In this document: piece by piece, positions 57,192 to 64,000 of the stretch
How positions within the stretch are numbered: the first letter of the stretch is position 1
Layout: every line of letters starts with the position of its first letter
Origin: Candidatus Clostridium eludens
GTDB lineage: Bacteria; Bacillota; Clostridia; Clostridiales; Clostridiaceae
Direction: 5' to 3'
Assembly (NCBI RefSeq): GCF_045310515.1
Contig: NZ_JBJHZX010000011.1
Coordinates: 1-64,000 of the forward strand
Length of the DNA: 64,000 nucleotides
Program-made: the position numbers and the translations under genes
The notes under the pieces: generated by a model
What the model was told of the DNA's origin: nothing
The model's database searches: none
The model's input: only the letters and a program-made list of their open reading frames with translations

Positions 57192-57908
57192 ATGAAAAAT
57201 ATTTATAAAAGTGCTGTAGTAGTGGTGGCGTTCCTTACTTTAACTGCTGGAGGATATACATATTCAAAGTATCACAATAAGTTAACTGTTAATAAAGCAG
57301 TAACCAGTAATACAGTACCAACCAATACAAAAACTTCATCAAATAGTTATACTGAAAATTCTATAGTTCCATTTTCATCAGATATTGTAATCTACAATTC
57401 CCATCCAGATGAAACTTATCTATCTGGTAAGAATATAACTGATGTTGGTGCTTTAATTAATGATGAACTTGCTAAAGTAGGATTAAACAGTAGCTTTATA
57501 AAAGTTACAGCACCTAAAGAATATACAAAATCATATGAAAATACACGTAATATAATAACAAAGAATGTAAAGAACTATGCTAGCACAACTCTCTTAGATG
57601 TATCTCGAGATGAAAGTAATAATGCTACAACAGATACAAAAAAAATAAGGTTAATACTTACTCAGGCCAGTCCAAGATATGAAGCAAATAAGAAATTCGC
57701 TAACCAATTGTTAGAACAGCTAAAAAAGGCTAATGGTGTTACGGCAGAAATAATTGAATTTAAGACAGATACATTGTCATATTTCAATGAGGATTTGTCT
57801 AATAATACTATCCTTATTGAGATTGGAAATGATAAGTCTAGTGACAGTGACATTCAACAAAGTGTAAATGTATTAGCTGCATCATTAAAGAACATACAAA
57901 ATAAATAG
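57192..57908 (+). CDS. SpoIIP-family (stage II sporulation protein P-like) amidase-domain protein, tentative
   Basis: Signal-anchor, then IVIYNSHPDETY and a C-terminal ILIEIGN pattern reminiscent of SpoIIP. Shorter than canonical SpoIIP. Confidence 0.4.
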   Translation: MKNIYKSAVVVVAFLTLTAGGYTYSKYHNKLTVNKAVTSNTVPTNTKTSSNSYTENSIVPFSSDIVIYNSHPDETYLSGKNITDVGALINDELAKVGLNSSFIKVTAPKEYTKSYENTRNIITKNVKNYASTTLLDVSRDESNNATTDTKKIRLILTQASPRYEANKKFANQLLEQLKKANGVTAEIIEFKTDTLSYFNEDLSNNTILIEIGNDKSSDSDIQQSVNVLAASLKNIQNK

Positions 57909-58316
57909 TTTCTGTGAAAACATAAGCACACAATATCAATTGTTATTCAAAATTAACAAATTAATACTGTGTGTTTGTATTTTTGCACAGTTTTTTTCTT
58001 AGAATCTTTTAACCAATTAGAGGTTTTGAAGCAAAATATTTGTAATTTTAGACTTGTGTGATATATAATTAAACAAGTGAACAATTGTAAGTTATGATGA
58101 AGTGAGGGCTTACCTCATCTTGTGGAGGAATAGTAAGCCTATTTTATGTGTTTATATACTTAAATATTGAGTCTGTATACCATGCATGTCAAAAAGCGAA
58201 TTAGGTAATGAGGCAGCCTATGACCTATTCAAGAAGTATTGATTGAGCCTAATGACCATGATGTTGTAGGATGTACAGTTAAAAATTTCAAGTGAGGTGG
58301 TATAAGGTTAGAAGAA

Positions 58317-59156
58317 ATGCTTTCATCCCGTTTTGTGACTTTGGCGAAAGGAATGATTATAAAAATGAATAAATCAAAAGTAGAAAAAGTAAATTTTTAT
58401 AGCGATATACTTGGTAAAGAGATGTTAATGCTGGTATATTTACCTGAATGCTATAATAGTTCAACTCCTATGCCTGTATTATACTTTCTACATGGGAGAA
58501 GTGGGAATGAAAATATAATGTTTGAAATGGATATAAACACCAAAGCTGATGGAATGATAAAAGATGAGGAAATTAAACCTATGATAATTGCATGTCCAAG
58601 AATTGAAAACAGCCGAGGATTGAATTCATCCTTAATCTGTAAAGAGGTGTCTGAACTTGGAGATAATAATAGAATCATAAATGTAGGAATGTATGAAGAT
58701 TACTTTATAAAAGAGATAATACCTTTAACAGATAAAACTTTTAATACTATAAAAGATAGGAAAGGAAGATATATAGGAGGAGCATCTGCTGGTGGTTATG
58801 CAGCTCTTCACAATGCATTTCGGCATCAGAATATGTTTTTAAAGGTAGGAGGGCATATGCCTGCCTTAGAACTTCAACTTGAAGATGAAGACAAACCATA
58901 TTTCAAAAATATGGGTATATGGCAAAAATATGATCCAATACATATTGCAGGAAACAATAATATTTCTTCTGATATTGATGTATATCTTGATGCTGGAGAT
59001 AAGGATGAAGGGAGATTTTATGAAGGATGTTCAATTTTACATAAAATATTGAAAGAAAAAGGTATAAGTTCTGAAAATCATATATTCCCTGGTAATCACA
59101 GTGCTGAATATATACAGTCAAATATTGAAAAATATCTAAAATTTTATGGAGATTAA
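58317..59156 (+). CDS. esterase-family alpha/beta hydrolase (putative esterase/enterochelin-esterase-like)
   Basis: LYFLHGRSGNE and GGASAGGYAAL nucleophile elbow. The start may be the internal ATG at 58365. Confidence 0.7.
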   Translation: MLSSRFVTLAKGMIIKMNKSKVEKVNFYSDILGKEMLMLVYLPECYNSSTPMPVLYFLHGRSGNENIMFEMDINTKADGMIKDEEIKPMIIACPRIENSRGLNSSLICKEVSELGDNNRIINVGMYEDYFIKEIIPLTDKTFNTIKDRKGRYIGGASAGGYAALHNAFRHQNMFLKVGGHMPALELQLEDEDKPYFKNMGIWQKYDPIHIAGNNNISSDIDVYLDAGDKDEGRFYEGCSILHKILKEKGISSENHIFPGNHSAEYIQSNIEKYLKFYGD

Positions 59157-59236
59157 TATATTGTGAACAGGCCTTGTGTAATTTATACAGATAAAACTAA
59201 TAATTAATAACTATTAAAAAAAGAAAGTCAGAAAAG

Positions 59237-59594
59237 GTGAGTAATCCGGCTAAGGATTTATTAGATGATAACAGAGTTAAGATACCAAAGCATATTGCTA
59301 TAATTTGTGATGGAAATGGTAGATGGGCTAAAAAGAAAGGCTTGCCTCGAACTTTTGGACATAAAGCTGGTACAAAGCCAATTGAAAATATTACTAGAGA
59401 CTGTTTTCAATTTTACCTCAGGATTACCTGATGTTGATTTAATTACTAGAACGAGTGGAGAAATGAGGATAAGTAATTTCTTATTATGGCAGTCTGCAAA
59501 AGCTAAGTTATGGTTTACAAATGACTTTTGGCCAGATTTTAGATACGATCATTTGAAAAACGCAATTAAACACTATAATGAAATAGACTTGTAA
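59237..59594 (+). pseudogene. uppS: undecaprenyl-diphosphate synthase (uppS) remnant, two fragments with the middle deleted
   Basis: [30 protein letters not shown] (N-terminal motif) and [35 protein letters not shown] (C-terminal motif) lie in different frames, about 120 aa apart in a full-length enzyme. Confidence 0.65.
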
Positions 59595-59653
59595 ATTTCT
59601 TAAACTTATGTATTTAATGTATACTTAAAATAAAATATAAAGGAGATAGAGGT

Positions 59654-60283
59654 GTGACAGAATTCTGGGAATCAAGTTTTATAGAAAATCAAATGATGTG
59701 GGGATTTGAACCTTCAGACTCAGCAATCTTGACAAAGGACTTTTTCCTTGAAAAGAAAGTTAAGGATATATTGATACCTGGTATTGGATATGGTAGAAAC
59801 GCAAGAGTTTTTATTGACAATGGAATAAATGTAACAGGTATTGAGATTTCAAAAACAGCCATTGATTTGGCAAGGCAAAATGGGCTTAATATTAGTATTT
59901 TTCATGGTTCAGTAAATGACATGCCTTTTGATAACAAACTTTATGATGGTATATTTTGTTATGCACTTATTCACTTATTGAATAATCGAGAGAGAGAGAA
60001 GTTCATTAAAGATTGCTATAATCAGCTAAAGCCAAACGGATATATGATTTTTACGGCTATTTCAAAAGAAGCTCCAATGTTTGGAAAGGGCAAACAACTG
60101 AGTAAAGACTATTTCGAGATAATGGAAGGATTAAAAATGTTTTTTTATGATTCTGACTCGATAAAACAAGAATTTGGAAAATATGGACTGATAGAATCTT
60201 GGAAAATTGCTGAGCCACATAAGAATATGGAAAATAAACCTCCATTTAAATTTATAATGGTAAAATGTGAAAAGGAACTATAA
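59654..60283 (+). CDS. class I SAM-dependent methyltransferase
   Basis: ILIPGIGYGRN glycine-rich motif I. GTG start with RBS AAGGAG. Confidence 0.7.
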   Translation: MTEFWESSFIENQMMWGFEPSDSAILTKDFFLEKKVKDILIPGIGYGRNARVFIDNGINVTGIEISKTAIDLARQNGLNISIFHGSVNDMPFDNKLYDGIFCYALIHLLNNREREKFIKDCYNQLKPNGYMIFTAISKEAPMFGKGKQLSKDYFEIMEGLKMFFYDSDSIKQEFGKYGLIESWKIAEPHKNMENKPPFKFIMVKCEKEL

Positions 60284-60540
60284 TTACATAATTAAAAAAA
60301 GTTGAGGATTAACAATGAGCAAATGAAAATTATGGTTTTAAGTAGAGACGGAACAGCTATTAAATAGTATTTACATAAGAAGTAAAGATACGCAAAGGAT
60401 GTCGCCAACATTTCCGACAAAACCCATGCTAAGGAATGAAATTTATTAATATTTTATAATTCACCCCGGTTAAGCTATAGTGAGGCATTATATACAATGG
60501 TATAAATAACTTAATAAATATGAATTTGAGGTGAGCTGCT

Positions 60541-60906
60541 ATGGACAAATATACAAGAGAAGAATTGTTAGAAGCCCTACCAATTGTATCTTCAACTATC
60601 AGTAAATGTGAAAAAATACAGCTAAAATTTGCGGAGGGTACCTCTCAACACACACTCCTTAAGAACAGGATAAAAGCAATGTATATTTCAAAATCATTGA
60701 TAACAGATGAAAATGTTATGGACAAATATACAAAAGAAGAATTGATAGAAGCACTACGCCCCGTATCTTCAATTATCAGCAAATGTGAAAAAGCACAGCT
60801 AAAATTTGCGGAGGGTACCTCTCATCACACACGCTTTAAGAACATAATAAAAGCGATGTATATTTCAAAGTTATTAATAACAAATGGAATTAGTAAAAGA
60901 GGTTAA
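60541..60906 (+). CDS. hypothetical protein made of two tandem 57-aa repeats
   Basis: MDKYTREELLEALPIVSSTISKCEKIQLKFAEGTSQHT.. repeats as MDKYTKEELIEALRPVSSIISKCEKAQLKFAEGTSHHT... The DNA halves are about 85% identical. Confidence 0.5.
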   Translation: MDKYTREELLEALPIVSSTISKCEKIQLKFAEGTSQHTLLKNRIKAMYISKSLITDENVMDKYTKEELIEALRPVSSIISKCEKAQLKFAEGTSHHTRFKNIIKAMYISKLLITNGISKRG

Positions 60907-61023
60907 TTTCCAGAACAATACTTGTGTTACAAGTGTAATTTATTATGTCTTAATTTATGTTTTTGGGTAAAGATAATATTACCATTGAACTGGAGAATTA
61001 AGCTGAAGATAGGAGAAGAGATT

Positions 61024-61575
61024 ATGAAAAGTGAAAAGGAAAAAATGTTAGCAAGTGTTTATTATAACGCTGGTGATGAAGAATTGAGCAAAGAAAGAGA
61101 ATACGCAAGAAACTTAACTTTTGAGTTTAATCATACAAGACCAAGTGAAAAAGATAAAAGAAAGAAAATTATAAAGCAATTGATAAATGCTAAAGGCTCT
61201 TTTTATGTTGAAGCACCCTTTAATTGTGATTATGGCTATAACATTGAAGTGGGTGAAAACTTTTATGCTAATTATAGTTGCATAATACTCGACGTGAATA
61301 AGGTCAAAATTGGAGATAATGTACTTTTAGCACCAAATGTTCAAATCTATACCGCTACTCACCCTATTAACCCTACTGAAAGACTCAATGGTAAAGAGTC
61401 CGGTAAGCCGATTGCTATAGGAAATAATGTTTGGATTGGTGGCGGAGCAATAATATGTCCAGGAGTAAAAATTGGAGATAACGTAACAATAGGAGCAGGT
61501 AGTGTCGTGACTGAAGACATACCTGATAATGTGATTGCAGCTGGAAATCCATGCAAGATTATTAAAAATATTTAA
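61024..61575 (+). CDS. maa: maltose/galactoside O-acetyltransferase (left-handed beta-helix hexapeptide family)
   Basis: Hexapeptide repeats (IGDNVLLAPNV.., IGNNVWIGGGAII, IGDNVTIGAGSVV). RBS AGGAGAAG before ATG 61024. Confidence 0.8.
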   Translation: MKSEKEKMLASVYYNAGDEELSKEREYARNLTFEFNHTRPSEKDKRKKIIKQLINAKGSFYVEAPFNCDYGYNIEVGENFYANYSCIILDVNKVKIGDNVLLAPNVQIYTATHPINPTERLNGKESGKPIAIGNNVWIGGGAIICPGVKIGDNVTIGAGSVVTEDIPDNVIAAGNPCKIIKNI

Positions 61576-61911
61576 TGCTGCGGAATATAATTATATGTAT
61601 TAACAGCATATAGCTTGCTCCTAGGAGTAAGTAAAGATTTATTAGAAAGTGATAATACAGGTGATTACGAATGTGCAATAGAAGGTTATCTAAATCTTAT
61701 TTTTATTTATAATTCATATGGGATTGCTATTACTTATTTTATTGGTTGTCTCTAAAGATAATGAAATAAATAATTTAAAATCCAAATGTCTGGTGATTAT
61801 AATAGGGTTACTTATGTTTATTATTAACTATATAGTGTCGTTTTCTTTTTATAAAGTGTCACAAGTGTAAATTGTTTCGTACAAATAACATCTTAAAAGG
61901 GGAAAAATAAA

Positions 61912-62673
61912 ATGATAGGAAAAATAAAAAAAGAATGTTCAAATCATGTAAAGTTTAATGATATGTATATAGAGAAAGATTATAAACTAAACTTAAGAAA
62001 AGAAACTGAACATTTTATAATTCATTATACTGAATTTGATAAGACATGTATAGATAAAATTTCGGATGTTCTTGAAAATAGTTATAATAGGATTACTAAT
62101 AACCTCAATCAACAACTCCAAAAAAAATTGATTATAGAGGTTCATCCAGATCGTAATCAACTTCATATCGCTTTAGGATTTCCAAATGCACCTGACTGGA
62201 TAAGAGGAGGACTTGGAATAGGTAAGATTGTAATAGCATCACCTTTAAATCCACCACCAGGTTCAGAATTCTATAATGTGTTAAATACAGCCGTTCACGA
62301 ATTTGTACATATCATAGTAAATAAAATAAATGAGGACACACCAAGATGGTTAAATGAAGGAATTGCATGTTATGAAGCAAAAGACAATAGTGAAAACTGG
62401 ATAGTAAAAACTGTTGGGAATGGATTAGTAAATAATATTCTTCCTACATTTAAAGATTTAGATACTGGGGTGGATTTTGAAACGTTTTTCAAACGTAATG
62501 GGTATCAATACTCATATACTATAGTAGAATCAATAATCAAATTATTTGGATATGATAAGTTGCGTAAATTAATAAAAACGCCAAATAGTTTTGTAGAGAT
62601 TTTTGGCATAACCGAAGATGAACTTCAAAATCAATGGATTGATTATATAAAAGTGAACTACTTGTTAAATTAG
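61912..62673 (+). CDS. hypothetical protein with an HExxH motif (possible zinc metallopeptidase)
   Basis: AVHEFVHII followed by NEGIACYEA, a gluzincin-like arrangement. Confidence 0.4.
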   Translation: MIGKIKKECSNHVKFNDMYIEKDYKLNLRKETEHFIIHYTEFDKTCIDKISDVLENSYNRITNNLNQQLQKKLIIEVHPDRNQLHIALGFPNAPDWIRGGLGIGKIVIASPLNPPPGSEFYNVLNTAVHEFVHIIVNKINEDTPRWLNEGIACYEAKDNSENWIVKTVGNGLVNNILPTFKDLDTGVDFETFFKRNGYQYSYTIVESIIKLFGYDKLRKLIKTPNSFVEIFGITEDELQNQWIDYIKVNYLLN

Positions 62674-62857
62674 ACAATTATAATTTCTAAGATGATTGGA
62701 GCTGATTTTTCCACCCAGGTTTCATATCGTTTTGCATAATAGTTATCAGTACCTTTATATTGTTCTCTAAGCTCTTTTTCAATTTTATAAAGTTACTATT
62801 ATGGATACAATAAAGTATAATTAGTTATATTAAAAATTAATTTATGGAGGAAAAAAT

Positions 62858-63166
62858 ATGGCTTTAAGAGAATCTAATATAGATATTCATATATCTTCTG
62901 ACTTAGTACCATTGCTTGACGATTTAGCACATAGAAACAGTGTAAATGATAATGTAAGAATATCCATAGCTATTAGCTTATTTGTAGCAAAGACAGTTTC
63001 TCTTGCTAGAGCAGCAGAAATTGCAGAGTTATCTTTAAATGATTTTATATATAAGTTAAAAATAAAGAAAATTCCTTGGGGTGAATATTCAGAGGAAGAT
63101 GTTGTTCAAGATGATATTGCAGTGAAAGATTTGCTCAGGGAATTAGGAGAAGGAAAGAATGGCTAA
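62858..63166 (+). CDS. UPF0175-family protein (putative antitoxin)
   Basis: UPF0175-like sequence with helix-turn-helix character (TVSLARAAEIAELSLNDFIYKL). Overlaps the next ORF by 8 nt. Confidence 0.55.
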   Translation: MALRESNIDIHISSDLVPLLDDLAHRNSVNDNVRISIAISLFVAKTVSLARAAEIAELSLNDFIYKLKIKKIPWGEYSEEDVVQDDIAVKDLLRELGEGKNG

Positions 63167-63407
63167 GGTAGTTTGTAATGCAAGTCCAATGATAGGACTA
63201 AGTATTATTGGTATTGGTAAGGTAGACTTGTTGTGGAAGATATTTGATGAAGTCTTTATTCCAGAAGAAGTTTATAATGAAGTAGTAAGTAATAATAAAT
63301 ATAGTAACTATGGAGAACATGAAATTAAAGAAGCTTTAAATAATGGAAATATAAAATTATACAAGGTTAAACATAAAAATTTCTACAAAAGAATAAAACT
63401 GTATTAG
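63159..63407 (+). pseudogene. DUF3368 (PIN-like) putative toxin, truncated after about 80 aa
   Basis: VVCNASPMIGLSIIGIGKVDLLWKIFDEVFIPEEVYNEV is the DUF3368 N-terminus. C-terminal-like sequence (..ARKSGFEIGTL..) continues in another frame after the stop. Confidence 0.5.
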
Positions 63408-63942
63408 CTGCAAATAAAATTGCTCGTAAGTCTGGTTTTGAAATAGGAACTCTATGTTTTAAAGTTGGAGCTTCTGAATTACATAGCGATTGCAAAGCAA
63501 ATGAAGTGCTGTCTACTAAAAAGGGTCAAGGCGTAAAGTCAGCAGAAGGAAAAATTAGATACTGGCTTCCTGTGAAAGATTGCGATAACGTTTATGTTCA
63601 TATTACATTAGACCCTAATACTATTGAGTAAGAGTAAAATAGTTATGGATATACTTATAGGTCTAGTGGGAGCATCGTTGTTATGTACTGCAAAGTAAGT
63701 TACACAATTTAGAAATTTGTATTAGATATCTTATTAAATCTAGACACTACATATTTAATGTTTAATTAAGCTACCTGTTAAAAAATAAAACTAGAGCGTT
63801 TTTCACTCTAGTTGCTGAACAAAATCAATAACTTACGTCACAAGTATTATACTATGCGAAACAATAATCTACATATTATTAATGGAATAAGACTTACACA
63901 TGTTAAAATGACATATAGATTTTAGTAATTGGAGGGATAGAA

Positions 63943-64000
63943 ATGCGAATAGGTTTTTTTGACTCTGGCATTGGAGGCATTACTGTATTACATGATACAT
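63943..64000 (+). CDS. murI: glutamate racemase, 5' end (runs off the window)
   Basis: MRIGFFDSGIGGITVLHDT is the canonical MurI N-terminus. RBS GGAGGG. Confidence 0.8.
   Translation, partial: MRIGFFDSGIGGITVLHDT

Overview
The window looks like a low-GC Firmicute segment, Clostridium-like, with the mosaic character of an accessory region. It is AT-rich throughout, many genes have AGGAGG-type ribosome-binding sites, and sporulation genes are scattered along it.

Recognisable blocks, in order:
- Oxidative-stress island: desulfoferrodoxin, rubrerythrin, a persulfide-dioxygenase/rhodanese fusion and a reverse rubrerythrin.
- Transporters and redox proteins: a decayed two-component-system remnant, a DUF2225 protein, an MFS transporter, flavodoxin, and a DUF362/4Fe-4S gene with anomalous GC.
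- A SAM-I riboswitch with its own terminator, followed about 420 bp later by a CUT2-type ABC transporter operon ending in msrA.
- A cluster with an odd composition: glutamate-5-kinase-like enzyme, a 113-aa protein with an acidic patch, a poly-Arg tract and a Cys-rich tail, T-box-controlled asparagine synthetase, a papain-like peptidase and an ankyrin-repeat protein.
- Regulation and envelope: MarR, a soluble orphan GAF/PAS histidine kinase, and a flotillin-like SPFH protein.
- A divergent tubulin/FtsZ-family GTPase (TubZ-like) paired with a MerR-HTH coiled-coil protein (TubY-like), with no TubR. I rate this the most interesting finding.
- Amino-acid export and central metabolism: Lrp-azlCD and eukaryotic-type NADP-IDH.
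- Detoxification and small-molecule genes: several GNAT, HxlR/PadR/MarR-regulated flavin, nitroreductase and NimA-like genes, and an alpha/beta SASP.
- The 3' end of the window: KimA K+ transporter, a SpoIIP-like protein, an esterase, maltose O-acetyltransferase, an UPF0175/DUF3368 toxin-antitoxin remnant and the start of murI.

Several non-coding or cryptic elements stand out:
- A structured repeat of about 85-145 nt occurs five times, always immediately 3' of a gene.
- A second two-copy 60-nt repeat is present.
- A SASP promoter region is duplicated with no gene behind it.
- Several unannotated micro-ORFs have strong Shine-Dalgarno sequences.
- Gene decay is extensive: a two-component-system remnant and fragments of a flavoprotein, an FMN-binding protein, ApbE (with an in-frame TGA), proC, uppS and DUF3368.
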